Source: an uncultured Planctomycetota bacterium
GTDB taxonomy: Bacteria; Planctomycetota; JAJSAM01; JAKLKS01
NCBI GenBank assembly: GCA_964555565.1
Contig: CAZKTF010000004.1
Span: 1 to 44,828 of the forward strand
Direction: 5' to 3'
Length of the DNA stretch: 44,828 bases
This document shows, piece after piece, positions 1 to 9,042 of this stretch (positions are counted from its first letter, which is position 1; every line of letters begins with the position of its first letter). The position numbers and the translations under genes are program-made. Below the pieces are notes generated by a model. That model did not search any database and was not told the origin of the DNA. It saw nothing but the letters and a program-made list of their open reading frames with translations.

Positions 1-85
1 TGCCCGCCTCCTACTCCATCGGCTGGCGGGCCTCGCAAGTACGGTCATGCACCCCCCGGCCCCCGGGATTCCCCTCCGGGCTCCG

Positions 86-114
86 TTGACATCGGCAGCG
101 GCGCGGCGTAGAGT
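86..114 (+). promoter_or_regulatory. sigma-70-type promoter for the B12 riboswitch leader
   Basis: TTGACA (86-91), 17-nt spacer, TAGAGT (109-114). Perfect -35 hexamer and optimal spacing, about 45 nt upstream of riboswitch P1. Confidence 0.6.
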
Positions 115-158
115 CGCGCACGCTCTTTGACGAAAGCAGGTCGCGCGGAAGCGCGACA

Positions 159-310
159 GCCGCAGGTGACGGGAAGGGGGTGCGATACCCCCGCGGACCC
201 GCCGCTGTGACCGGCGACGAAGGCCGTCGTTCTCCCCACTGTCCGCGACGAAGCGGGCGGGAAGGGGACGGCCGGAGGACGACCCGGAAGCCAGAAGACC
301 GACCTGCGGC
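159..310 (+). promoter_or_regulatory. cobalamin (B12) riboswitch aptamer
   Basis: P1 helix GCCGCAGG (159-166) pairs perfectly with CCTGCGGC (303-310). Conserved core elements are present: GGTGACGGGAAGGGGGTGCGATACCCCC, CCCGCCGCTGTGACC, CCCACTG...GCGGGAAGG. B12 box AAGCCAGAAGACCGACCTGC lies at 288-307. It sits directly upstream of a BtuF-like binding-protein gene. Confidence 0.85.
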
Positions 311-342
311 GCCTCACGACACCATCTCCGTGGAACGAGAGA

Positions 343-1320
343 GTGATGGCCGACGCACAGCCCCGCCCCCGGCGGGACGGCCCGCGATCCGGTCCGCCCC
401 TCCGGGGGCGCGACCTTTGCGGGCCGATCCCGGCACTGGCCCTCCTCCTCGCGGCGGGCGTCCCCTGCGCCTGCAGCGAGGCCGGGAGCCCTCCGCCCGC
501 GACCGCCCCGGCCCGCCGCGTCGTCTCCCTCGCCCCCTCCCACACCGAGATCCTCTTCGCGCTCGGGGCGGGGGACGCCGTCGTGGGGGTCACCCGGTTC
601 TGCGACCGCCCGGCCGAGGCGCGCCTCCGGCCCGTGGTGGGGGACGCGGTCCAGGTCTCGGCCGAGCGCGTGGCCGCGCTCCATCCCGACCTCGTGGTGG
701 TGAACGCCGCCGGGACGGAAGCCTCCCTCGCGCCGCTGGGGGACCGGGTGCGGGTCCTCCGCGCGCCGACCGACACCCTCGGGGACCTCCTCGCCGCGGT
801 GGACTCGCTCGCCCGCGCCGTGGGGCGCGTCGAGGAGGGCCGCGCGCTCCGGCGGCGGATGGAGGAGGCGCTCGCGGCGGCGCGGGAGCGGGGGCGCGGC
901 CGGCCGCCGACCCGCGTCCTCCTCGTCATCCAGCGCGACCCCTTCATGGTCGCGGGCGGGGGCTCCTACGTCCACGCCCTCCTCGAGGCCCTCGGCTGCC
1001 GCAACGCCGCGGGGGACCTGGCGGAAGCCTGGCCCCAGGTCTCCGCCGAGGCGCTCCTCGCCATGGCCCCGGACGCCATCGTCGAGGCCTCCCCCGAGGT
1101 CATGGCCGGACGCTCCGCGCCGGGGGAGGCGGCCTCCGCCGCCCGGGACGCCGCGGTGCGGGAGTACTGGGCGCGGTTCCCGCGGGTCCCGGCCGTGCGC
1201 GACGGGCGGGTCCGCGCGATCCGGGACGAGGCGGCGCTCCGGCCGGGGCCCGCGCTGGCGGAGGCGCTGGCGACGCTGGAGGCCTCCGTGGCCCCGGCGG
1301 CCGGGGAGGCGAAACGGTGA
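343..1320 (+). CDS. btuF: periplasmic substrate-binding protein, BtuF/FecB (cobalamin/iron-siderophore) ABC family
   Basis: RVVSLAPSHTEILFALGAGDAVVGVT and PDLVVV motifs typical of class III binding proteins, plus an N-terminal hydrophobic signal. First gene after the B12 riboswitch. GTG at 343, ATG at 346 is an alternative start. Confidence 0.8.
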   Translation: MMADAQPRPRRDGPRSGPPLRGRDLCGPIPALALLLAAGVPCACSEAGSPPPATAPARRVVSLAPSHTEILFALGAGDAVVGVTRFCDRPAEARLRPVVGDAVQVSAERVAALHPDLVVVNAAGTEASLAPLGDRVRVLRAPTDTLGDLLAAVDSLARAVGRVEEGRALRRRMEEALAAARERGRGRPPTRVLLVIQRDPFMVAGGGSYVHALLEALGCRNAAGDLAEAWPQVSAEALLAMAPDAIVEASPEVMAGRSAPGEAASAARDAAVREYWARFPRVPAVRDGRVRAIRDEAALRPGPALAEALATLEASVAPAAGEAKR

Positions 1321-2309
1321 GCCCCCGGGCCACGGCGGGACGCCTCCTCGCGGTGGCGGCGGTCCTCGCCGCGGCGCTGGCCGGGAGCCTCGTCGTGGCG
1401 GCGCTCGTCGGCCCCGCCGGCGGGGCGGAGGCCCCCTGGGAGGTCGTGCGGGACCTCCGGATCCCGCGGGCGGTCCTCGCGGCGCTCGTGGGCGGGGCGC
1501 TGGGCGTGAGCGGGGCCGCGTTCCAGGCGTTGCTGCGCAACCCGCTGGCCTGCCCCTACCTCCTCGGGGTCTCCGGGGGCGGGGCCTTCGGGGCGGTCCT
1601 CGCGATACTCCTCGGGCTCCCGGCCGCCTTCCCGCGGGTCCCTTCGCTGCCCTTCGCGGCCTTCGCCGGGTGCCTCGGCGCCATCGGGCTCATCCACGCG
1701 GTGGCCTCCCGCCGTGGCCACCTCCTCGCCCAGGACCTCCTCCTCGCGGGGGTCGTGGCCAACTCCTTCTTCCTCGCGGCCATGGCGGTCCTCCAGTACT
1801 TCGCCACCCCGCACGACGCCTCCCGGATCCTGCACTGGACGCTGGGGGCCGTCCGCCCCGGGGAGGTCCCCGCCTGGGTCGCGGGGGTGCTCGTCGGCGG
1901 GGGGACCGTGGCCCTCCTCCTCGACGCGGTCCGCCTGAACCTCCTCTCGGTCGGGGACGAGACCGCGGCGCTCCTCGGGGTGGACGTGCCCCGCGTGCGG
2001 CGGCGGGTCTTCCTCGCGGCCTCGGTCCTCGTGGGCGCGGCCGTGGCCGTGAGCGGGCCCATCGGCTTCGTGGGCCTGTTCATCCCGCACGCGGTCCGCC
2101 GGGTCCTCGGGCCCGACCACCGGGTGCTCCTCCCCGCGGCCTTCCTCGCGGGGGCGGCCTTCCTCGTCCTCGCGGACACGGCCGCCCGGGCCTGCCTCGA
2201 CCCGCGCGAGGTCCCGGTGGGCCTGGTCACGGCGGTGGTGGGGGCACCGACCTTCGTGTTCCTCCTGGCACGGAGGGAGCGCGGCGCCGCCGAGGGGAGG
2301 ACCCCGTGA
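1317..2309 (+). CDS. btuC: FecCD-family ABC permease (BtuC-like)
   Basis: In-frame GTG at 1317 overlaps the btuF stop (GTGA). Polytopic hydrophobic protein with GPIGFVGLFIPHAVRRVLG, typical of FecCD/BtuC. The ORF-track extension 180-1316 is Arg/Pro/Gly artefact. Confidence 0.85.
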   Translation: MSPRATAGRLLAVAAVLAAALAGSLVVAALVGPAGGAEAPWEVVRDLRIPRAVLAALVGGALGVSGAAFQALLRNPLACPYLLGVSGGGAFGAVLAILLGLPAAFPRVPSLPFAAFAGCLGAIGLIHAVASRRGHLLAQDLLLAGVVANSFFLAAMAVLQYFATPHDASRILHWTLGAVRPGEVPAWVAGVLVGGGTVALLLDAVRLNLLSVGDETAALLGVDVPRVRRRVFLAASVLVGAAVAVSGPIGFVGLFIPHAVRRVLGPDHRVLLPAAFLAGAAFLVLADTAARACLDPREVPVGLVTAVVGAPTFVFLLARRERGAAEGRTP

Positions 2310-3118
2310 CCGCCCCCGCGCTGGAGATCCGCGGCGCGTCCTTCGGCTACGGCCCTTTCGCCGTCCTCCGCGGCGTGGACCTGGAGGTCCGGCCCGGGGA
2401 GCTGGTGGGGGTGCTGGGTCCGAACGGGTGCGGGAAGACGACGCTGCTGCGCGGGGCCGCGGGGGTCCTCGCGCCGCTGGCGGGCACGGTGTCGGTCCGG
2501 GGCCGCGCTCTCGAGTCCTACGAGCGTCGCGACCTCGCCCGGAGCGTCGCCGTGGTCCCGCAGGAGGGGACCCCCCTCTTCCCCTTCACGGTCCTCGAGA
2601 CCGTGCTCATGGGGCGGGCCCCGTGGCTCCGCCCCTTCGCCTTCGAGGGGGAGGAGGACCTCCGTGCCGCGCGGGAGGCGCTGGAGGCAGTGGGGGCCTC
2701 CGCGCTGGCGGGGCGGGACCTGGCGGAGCTCTCCGGGGGGGAGCGGCAGCGGGTGGTCATCGCGCGGGCCCTCTGCCAGGGGACCCCGGTGCTGCTCTGC
2801 GACGAGCCGACCGCCCACCTCGACCTCCGGCACGCGCTCGGGATCTTCGCGCTCCTCCGGCGCCTGCGGGAGGAGCGCGCGCTGGCGGTGGTCGCCGTGA
2901 CCCACGACGTGAACCTGGCCGCCCTCTACTGCGACCGGCTCGTCCTCCTCGCGGAGGGGACGGTCGTGGCCGGGGGCGCGCCCGCGGAGGTGCTGCGGCC
3001 GGACCTCCTCACCCGGGCCTACGGGGCGGAGGTGCGCGTGGAGAGGCGTCCCGACGGGACGCCCTTCGTGGTGCCGGAGAGGCCCGGCGAGACCGGGCGG
3101 AGAGGGGAGGCGCGATGA
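2306..3118 (+). CDS. btuD: ABC transporter ATP-binding protein (BtuD/FecE-like)
   Basis: Walker A GPNGCGKTTLL, signature LSGGERQRV, Walker B LLCDEPTAHLD. GTG 2306 overlaps the permease stop (GTGA). Confidence 0.9.
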   Translation: MTAPALEIRGASFGYGPFAVLRGVDLEVRPGELVGVLGPNGCGKTTLLRGAAGVLAPLAGTVSVRGRALESYERRDLARSVAVVPQEGTPLFPFTVLETVLMGRAPWLRPFAFEGEEDLRAAREALEAVGASALAGRDLAELSGGERQRVVIARALCQGTPVLLCDEPTAHLDLRHALGIFALLRRLREERALAVVAVTHDVNLAALYCDRLVLLAEGTVVAGGAPAEVLRPDLLTRAYGAEVRVERRPDGTPFVVPERPGETGRRGEAR

Positions 3119-5181
3119 GGCGGGGAACGGCGGCGGGCTGGGCGGCGGGGATCCTGGCGGCGCTCGGGATCGCGGCCGCGGCGGCGGGGCAGGACGCGGA
3201 GACGATCCGGCGGGAGATCGAAGCGCTCGACCGCAAGCGCGCCGAACTGCAGCGGCGGCTCGAGGAGACGGAGCGGCGGGGGGCCGACGCGGGGGGGCGC
3301 CCCGCCCCGACGTCCCCCGGGACGCCGCCTGGCGGGGTGTCCGCCCCCGGCGGGACCGGGAGCGGCGAGACCCTCCTCGATGCGGTCGAAGTCGTGGCCA
3401 CGAGGTTCCCCCGCGCGCGCGGGGCCTCGCCCCTCCCGATCACCGTGATCGACGGGGCGTGGTTCGAGCAGCACCAGGAGTCCTCGGTCGCCGACGCGCT
3501 TCGCCAGGTCCCGGGGGTCTCCGTGGCCCGCGGCGGCGCGAACGGGGCGGCGACGTCGGTTTTCGTGCGCGGGGCGCTGTCCAACCAGGTCCTCGTCCTC
3601 GAGGACGGGATCCCGCTCAACGACCCGACCCTCGGCGGGCAGTTCAACTTCTTCGACTTCGACGCCCTCGAGGTGGAGCGCGTCGAGGTCCTCCGGGGCT
3701 CCTACGGCGCGCTCTACGGGAGCAGCGCCATCGGAGGCGTGGTGAGCGTCACCACGCGGCGGGGCCGGGGCCCGGGCGCGTTCCGGGTCTCCGCCGAGGG
3801 GGGGTCCTTCGGGACCGACCGCGAGGTCCTGCGCGGCTCCGGCGGGGACGACGCGGCCGACTGGGCCTTCGGCCTCGCGCGCACCCGCGCGGACGGGTTC
3901 CGGGATCGGGAGGAGTTCCGCTCCACGTCCTTCGCCGGGAAGTTCGGCGCGCGGGTCGCCGGGGACGGCCGGCTCGAGTTCGCCCTCCGGTCGATCGACT
4001 CGGTCGCGGAGGACCCGTTCGACTTCGGGAACCCGCTCCCCCTCGACGAGAACGTGAGCCGGGAGCGGGAGCTCCTGGCGGGCGGGCTCGCCTTCGAGAA
4101 GCCCCTCTCGCGCAGCGTGACCGCGCGGGTGCGCGCCTCCCTCACCGACATCGACTCCGCCTTCCGCAACCTCGCCGACGCCCCGGGCGGGGCGTCGGAG
4201 TTCATCAGCACCAACGAGGCCACCACCGTCTCCACGGGGGCCGCGGTGCGCGCGGTCCTGGCGGAGGGCGCGGGCGGCGGTCGCGGGCTCGAGGTCGTGG
4301 CCGGCTTCGACTTCCAGAAGGAGGAATCGCTCGGGTTCTCCCACTCCCCGTTCGGGAAGGGGCTCGGCCTCGACCGGGCGACGAACGACCGGGCGTTCTA
4401 CGGCCTCCTGAGCGCGACCTGGGGGGCGGCGACGCTCTCCGGGGGCGGTCGCCACGACGACCACTCCGAGGGGGGCGGGACCTGGAGCCCGCAGGCGGGG
4501 GCGCAGGTACGGGTCGAAGGCACCGGGAGCACGCTGCGCGCGAACTACGGGCAGGGGTTCCGCTCGCCCACCCCGATCGAGTTCGCCGACCCCTTCGTCG
4601 GGAACCCGGGCCTCGGCCCCGAGACGAGCCGCTCCTTCGACGCCGGGGTCGTCCAGCGCCTGGGCCGCGGGGTGGAGGCCGAACTCTCCTGGTTCCACCT
4701 CCGCACGACCGACCTGATCGCGTTCTCGGGGACCTCCTTCCGCCTCGAGAACGTCGCCCGCGCGCGCACGATCGGCACGGAATTCTCCCTCCGGGCGACG
4801 CTCGCGGACGGGCTCGCCGCGCGGGCCTCCTGGACCCACCAGCGTCCGCGGGACGCCGTCACCGGGGACCGGCTGGCCAACCGCCCGGAGGACTTCGGAT
4901 CCCTGGGGGCCGAGTGGGTCTCCGGGCGCTGGGTCCTGGCCGGGGACGTCTCCTTCTCCGGGGCGGCCGACGACCTCGGGTTCGCGGGACCAGACGCGGG
5001 GCTCCGCCGCCGGCCCGGGCGGAAGGTCCTCGCGGACCTGGCGGTGCGATGGAAGGTCGCGGACTCTCTGAGCATCCTCGCCCGCGTCGAGAACGTGCTC
5101 AACGACGCCTACGTGGAGACCCCGACCTCCCCCCGGGCCCAGCCCCTGGGGGCGTTCCTGGGGATCGCCGTGGACTTCTAG
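3115..5181 (+). CDS. btuB: TonB-dependent outer-membrane receptor (BtuB-like by operon context)
   Basis: ATG 3115 overlaps the btuD stop (ATGA). Signal peptide MRRGTAAGWAAGILAALGIAAAAAGQ, plug region LDAVEVVATRF...VADALRQVPGVSV, barrel repeats, C-terminal GAFLGIAVDF ending in Phe. B12 specificity is inferred only from the riboswitch and operon. Confidence 0.8.
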   Translation: MRRGTAAGWAAGILAALGIAAAAAGQDAETIRREIEALDRKRAELQRRLEETERRGADAGGRPAPTSPGTPPGGVSAPGGTGSGETLLDAVEVVATRFPRARGASPLPITVIDGAWFEQHQESSVADALRQVPGVSVARGGANGAATSVFVRGALSNQVLVLEDGIPLNDPTLGGQFNFFDFDALEVERVEVLRGSYGALYGSSAIGGVVSVTTRRGRGPGAFRVSAEGGSFGTDREVLRGSGGDDAADWAFGLARTRADGFRDREEFRSTSFAGKFGARVAGDGRLEFALRSIDSVAEDPFDFGNPLPLDENVSRERELLAGGLAFEKPLSRSVTARVRASLTDIDSAFRNLADAPGGASEFISTNEATTVSTGAAVRAVLAEGAGGGRGLEVVAGFDFQKEESLGFSHSPFGKGLGLDRATNDRAFYGLLSATWGAATLSGGGRHDDHSEGGGTWSPQAGAQVRVEGTGSTLRANYGQGFRSPTPIEFADPFVGNPGLGPETSRSFDAGVVQRLGRGVEAELSWFHLRTTDLIAFSGTSFRLENVARARTIGTEFSLRATLADGLAARASWTHQRPRDAVTGDRLANRPEDFGSLGAEWVSGRWVLAGDVSFSGAADDLGFAGPDAGLRRRPGRKVLADLAVRWKVADSLSILARVENVLNDAYVETPTSPRAQPLGAFLGIAVDF

Positions 5182-5197
5182 TGCCCCGACTCTCTCC

Positions 5198-6025
5198 TCA
5201 CCCTCCCCGGCCCCACCAGAGTGCGAGGCAGGCCGCGGCGGCGGCGAGGCGGTACCAGGCGAAGGCGTCGAGCGGACGGCGCGAGAGGTAGCCGAGGAGC
5301 CAGTGGATGCTCGCGTAGCCGATCACGGCGGCGGCCACGAACCCCGCCGCGAGCGAGGGGAGGTGGCGCTCCCACCCCTCCATCCGGAGGAGCCTCACGA
5401 CGGCCAGCGTCCCCGCGGCCAGCAACGCCGGGATCGAGAGGAGGAACGAGAACCTCGCCGCGGCCGGGCGGTCGAGGCCGCGGAGCAGTCCCCCCGCGAT
5501 CGTGGCGGCGCTGCGCGAGACCCCCGGGAAAAGCGCCAGGGCCTGGGCGGTCCCGACGAAGAGCGCGTCCCCGGCGGTGAGGGTCGCGACCCCGCGCTCC
5601 CTCCGGCCCAGCCGCTCCGCGGCGAACAGCAGGAGGGCCGTGCCCCCGAGGATCCCCGCCACGACCGCGGGCGCCCGGTGCAGCCCCTCGAAGAACCCGT
5701 GGAAGGCGAGCCCGACGGCGGCCACGGGGACGGTCCCGAGGAGGAGCCACCAGCCGAGGCGCGCCTCCGGGGAGCGCAGGGGGGCGCGGGCCGCGGCCGC
5801 CGCCAGCGCCTCGCGCGTGATGGCCGCGACGTCGCGGCGGAAGTAGGCGACCACGGCCACGAGCGTCCCCACCTGCACGAGGACGTCGAAGACGAACTGC
5901 GGGTCCTCCTCGAACTTCCAGCCGAGGAGCCAGGGCACGAGGACGAGGTGGGCCGTGGAGGAGACCGGCAGGAACTCGGTCGCGCCCTGCACGATCCCGA
6001 GGAGGAGCGCCTGGAGGAGGCTCAC
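5198..6025 (-). CDS. uppP: undecaprenyl-diphosphate phosphatase
   Basis: SLLQALLLGIVQGATEFLPVSSTAHL N-terminus and a polytopic membrane profile characteristic of UppP/BacA. GTG start. Confidence 0.9.
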   Translation of the reverse strand: MSLLQALLLGIVQGATEFLPVSSTAHLVLVPWLLGWKFEEDPQFVFDVLVQVGTLVAVVAYFRRDVAAITREALAAAAARAPLRSPEARLGWWLLLGTVPVAAVGLAFHGFFEGLHRAPAVVAGILGGTALLLFAAERLGRRERGVATLTAGDALFVGTAQALALFPGVSRSAATIAGGLLRGLDRPAAARFSFLLSIPALLAAGTLAVVRLLRMEGWERHLPSLAAGFVAAAVIGYASIHWLLGYLSRRPLDAFAWYRLAAAAACLALWWGRGG

Positions 6026-6034
6026 GGGTCGGAG

Positions 6035-6040
6035 AGCCTA
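6035..6040 (-). promoter_or_regulatory. -10-like box TAGGCT, 9 nt upstream of the uppP GTG
   Basis: Minus strand reads gTAGGCTctccgacccGTG. Member of the start-proximal TANNNT pattern. Confidence 0.35.
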
Positions 6041-6143
6041 CACGGACCGGGGCCCGCTCCCGGCGTGGTTGCGCGGCCGCCGGGCGCAGGGATGCCGGCG
6101 GCCGCCCGTCGGGGTCCGCCCCTGCGGGGGGGCGCGGCCCCGT

Positions 6144-7217
6144 CTACTTGCTGCGCAGGGAGGTCGGCCCGGAGTACGCCTCCTTGACGGCCGGGCCGCC
6201 GAAGTCGAATCCGAGGATCACGAACACGGTGAGGCGCGCGGCGTCGTGGCTGGCCCCCCAGAGCGGGACGAGGTCGATGTGCCACCGCGGGCCCGGCCTC
6301 CACTGGATGCTCGGCCCGACCTTCAGCTCGTAGGCGGGGGCGCCGCGGGAGCCGTCCTCCGTGACCCGCGCCCACTCCACTTCGATCCCGGTGGTGAGGG
6401 AGCGGGGGATCGCGGAGTAGGCCACGGCCGCCGTGGCCGCGAGTTCCGTGGAGCGCGGCGGGCCGAGCTCCTGCTCGACGACCGCGTTGAACCCGCCGTG
6501 CCAGCGCGGCCCGAGGCTGCCGGCGAGGAGGATCTTCCCCTCCAGGGCGTTCGGGGCGTGGCGGTTGAACTTGTACTCGGCATAGAGCGTCGGGTTGAGG
6601 GGGATCTCCCCCCACTTCGCCAGCGCCCACCGCAACTCCACCTGCTGGCCCACGGAGTCGATGACCCCCCGGCCGGGGATTCGCTCGGTGTTCTGGTAGA
6701 GGTCGAGCTGGAACCGGTGGGGGAGGCCGACCTCGATCTCGGACTGGAAGAGGTGCTCGGGGCCGCCCTCGCGGGGTTCCTCGAACCGCCACCATTGCTC
6801 GAACTCGACCTGGCCCGGGGCGATCACGTAGGCGCGCGTGCGCGCGAAGGGCCTCCGGGTGGTCCAGGCGGGCTGGCGGTTCGGGCCGACGAGCGTGTCG
6901 TCGCCCGGCTGCGGCGCCTCCACCGTGACGCCCGGGACCTCCGGGGGATGCCCCTCCTCGAGGAGGGCCGCGGCGACCCGCGGCGGGAGGCGGGGGTCCA
7001 TCCAGGAGCCGCGCCGGGTCCCGGCGTCGAGCCCCGCCCAGGCCAGGGCCGCGAGGGGTTCGTTGTCGGCGGCAGGGGCCGGGGCGGCCGTCGCGAGGGC
7101 GGCGAGGTCCGGGAGCCCCGGCAGGAGCGTCGCCGGGTCCGGGGAGCGGGGCGCGACGCAGGCCGTGGCGAGCCCGGCGAGGGCGAGTAGAGGCGGGACG
7201 CGGACGGCTCGGGACAT
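6144..7217 (-). CDS. hypothetical outer-membrane beta-barrel (lipo)protein
   Basis: Signal with LAGLATAC lipobox-like cysteine, then alternating hydrophobic beta-strand pattern with aromatic girdles (YELKVGPSIQWRP, LTVFVILGFDFG). GGAGGG Shine-Dalgarno 5 nt before the ATG. Confidence 0.5.
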   Translation of the reverse strand: MSRAVRVPPLLALAGLATACVAPRSPDPATLLPGLPDLAALATAAPAPAADNEPLAALAWAGLDAGTRRGSWMDPRLPPRVAAALLEEGHPPEVPGVTVEAPQPGDDTLVGPNRQPAWTTRRPFARTRAYVIAPGQVEFEQWWRFEEPREGGPEHLFQSEIEVGLPHRFQLDLYQNTERIPGRGVIDSVGQQVELRWALAKWGEIPLNPTLYAEYKFNRHAPNALEGKILLAGSLGPRWHGGFNAVVEQELGPPRSTELAATAAVAYSAIPRSLTTGIEVEWARVTEDGSRGAPAYELKVGPSIQWRPGPRWHIDLVPLWGASHDAARLTVFVILGFDFGGPAVKEAYSGPTSLRSK

Positions 7218-7357
7218 GGACGCCCTCCAGGGGTTGCGCGACGCACCGCGGCATCACAAACGGTGTGCCGGGCGGCGCGCCCGGCGTGGGGGAGGGCGCG
7301 GGCGGTTCGCTGCACAGGGGAGGCCGGGAGGTGCCTGTTCCCCCGACAGCGCGCGGG

Positions 7358-7777
7358 CTAGGGGGCCGGGGGGGGCGGCGCGCCCCGCCAGATGCGGACG
7401 CCGTCGCCGACGGTCGAGGCGAGGGCGACGGCGCACCAGCCGAGGGCGACGTAGACCGTGAGGTCCCGGTCCATCGGAGCGCGGGCGCGGAGGAGGAGCA
7501 TCGTGCCCCCGACCAGCGCGACGAACCCCGTCACCGTGCAGCCCCCCACGGCGAGCCCCCGGGCCTTCTCGCCCGAGGTCGGGCCCACGAAGCAGGCGAG
7601 GATCGGCCCGGGCGTGACCACCAGGGCGAGGACGAGCCCCGCCAGCGCGTGGCCCGCGGAGAGGGGCTGCGCGGCGTGGGAGAGTCCCTCGTCGAGCGCC
7701 TGCACGAGGAGGACCCCCGCGATGGCGCCCAGGCCGAGCGCGGCTCCGCGGAGGACGACGAAGGGGGATGCGGCCAT
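7358..7777 (-). CDS. small integral membrane protein, unknown function
   Basis: 139 aa from ATG 7777 (MAASPFVVLRGAALGLGAIAGVLLV...) with about four hydrophobic helices. The upstream part of ORF 7358-8041 has artefact-like composition. Confidence 0.5.
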   Translation of the reverse strand: MAASPFVVLRGAALGLGAIAGVLLVQALDEGLSHAAQPLSAGHALAGLVLALVVTPGPILACFVGPTSGEKARGLAVGGCTVTGFVALVGGTMLLLRARAPMDRDLTVYVALGWCAVALASTVGDGVRIWRGAPPPPAP

Positions 7778-7784
7778 GCCCGCA

Positions 7785-7790
7785 AGGATA
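7785..7790 (-). promoter_or_regulatory. -10-like box TATCCT, 7 nt upstream of ATG 7777
   Basis: Minus strand reads cgTATCCTtgcgggcATG. Confidence 0.4.
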
Positions 7791-7838
7791 CGGCGGCACG
7801 CCCCCCGACGCATGCTGGCGGCGACGGGCGGGGGGGGG

Positions 7839-7844
7839 GACAAT
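7839..7844 (+). promoter_or_regulatory. -10-like box GACAAT, 9 nt upstream of ATG 7854
   Basis: gGACAATccccgccccATG, directly abutted by a G10 homopolymer (7830-7839). Confidence 0.35.
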
Positions 7845-7853
7845 CCCCGCCCC

Positions 7854-9023
7854 ATGCCGCGCGACCTGGCCCGGAGGATGTCCCGCCTCGGGACCGAGTA
7901 CGCCTTCGAAGTCCTCGTGAGGGCCCGGGCGCTGGAGGCCCGGGGGAAGGACGTGGTCCACCTGGAGCTGGGGGAGCCGGACTTCGCCACGCCCGCGCAC
8001 GTCGTGGAGGCCGGGGTGGAGGCCCTCCGCGGGGGCCACACCCACTACGGGCCGGCGGCGGGCCTCCCGGAGCTGCGGGACGCCATCGCGCGCCGCGTCT
8101 CCGCGACGCGGGGCGTGGAGGTCCGCCCGGAGGAGGTCGTCGTCCTCCCCGGCGCGAAGCCGGTCCTGTTCCTCGCGGCCCTGGCGCTGCTCGAGGAGGG
8201 GGACGAGGCGCTCGTCCCCGACCCCGGTTTCCCGATCTACGATTCGGCGGCCCGGTTCGCCGGGGCCACGGTCGTCCCCTACCCCCTCGACCCCGCGCGC
8301 GGCCTGTCGCCGGACCCCGCGGCCGTCGCGTCCCGCCTCTCCCCGCGCACGAAGCTCGTCTTCCTCAACTCCCCGGGGAACCCGGCGGGCGGGGTCTCCT
8401 CGCCCGAGGACCTGGGTATCCTCGCGGAGGCGCTCCGGGGCCGCGACTGCTGGGTCCTCTCCGACGAGATCTACTCCGAGGTCCTCTACGGGGGGCGCCA
8501 TGCCTCCGTGCTCCCGCTCCCCGGGATGCGCGAGAGGACGATCCTCCTGGACGGCTTCAGCAAGACCTGGGCGATGACCGGCTGGCGGGTGGGCTACGGG
8601 GTGATGCCGGAGCCGCTCGCACGCGAGATGGCGCGGATGCAGGTGAACAGCACCTCCTGCACCGCGGCCTTCACGCAGCGCGCGGCGCTCGCGGCCCTGG
8701 AGGGGCCCGCGGCCCCGGCGCGGGCCATGGTGGAGGAGCTCCACCGGCGCCGGGACGCGGCCGTCGAGGGGCTCAACGGGGTGCGCGGCTTCCGGTGCCA
8801 CCTCCCCCGGGGGGCGTTCTACGCGTTCCCGGACGTGCGGGGGACCGGCGTGGCCTCGAAGGCGCTGGCCGACCGGCTCCTCGAGGAGGCGGGCGTGGCC
8901 TCGGTCGCCGGGACCGCCTTCGGCGCGCTCGGCGAGGGGTACCTGAGGTTCAACTTCGGCGCGCCCCTCCAGAGGATCCTCGAGGGGGTCCGGCGGATCC
9001 GGGGGCTGCTCGGCGCGGCCTGA
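7854..9023 (+). CDS. class I pyridoxal-phosphate-dependent aminotransferase (aspartate aminotransferase-like)
   Basis: HLELGEPDFATP, GYGPAAG-type region (HYGPAAGLPELR), NSPGNPAGG, and PLP-lysine motif FSKTWAMTGWRVGY. Confidence 0.85.
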   Translation: MPRDLARRMSRLGTEYAFEVLVRARALEARGKDVVHLELGEPDFATPAHVVEAGVEALRGGHTHYGPAAGLPELRDAIARRVSATRGVEVRPEEVVVLPGAKPVLFLAALALLEEGDEALVPDPGFPIYDSAARFAGATVVPYPLDPARGLSPDPAAVASRLSPRTKLVFLNSPGNPAGGVSSPEDLGILAEALRGRDCWVLSDEIYSEVLYGGRHASVLPLPGMRERTILLDGFSKTWAMTGWRVGYGVMPEPLAREMARMQVNSTSCTAAFTQRAALAALEGPAAPARAMVEELHRRRDAAVEGLNGVRGFRCHLPRGAFYAFPDVRGTGVASKALADRLLEEAGVASVAGTAFGALGEGYLRFNFGAPLQRILEGVRRIRGLLGAA

Positions 9024-9042
9024 CCGCGCTCACGGGGGACCC

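Noticed and set aside
180-1316. N-terminal extensions offered by the ORF track. Examples: 180-1316 before the permease, 2428-3114 before the TonB receptor, 9186-10475 before ltaE, 12860-14464 upstream part, 32862-34688 upstream part, 37488-38681 before mutL.
   Set aside because: The extensions have artefact-like composition and overlap real upstream genes. Internal GTG/ATG starts coincide with 4-nt overlaps, signal peptides or conserved N-termini.
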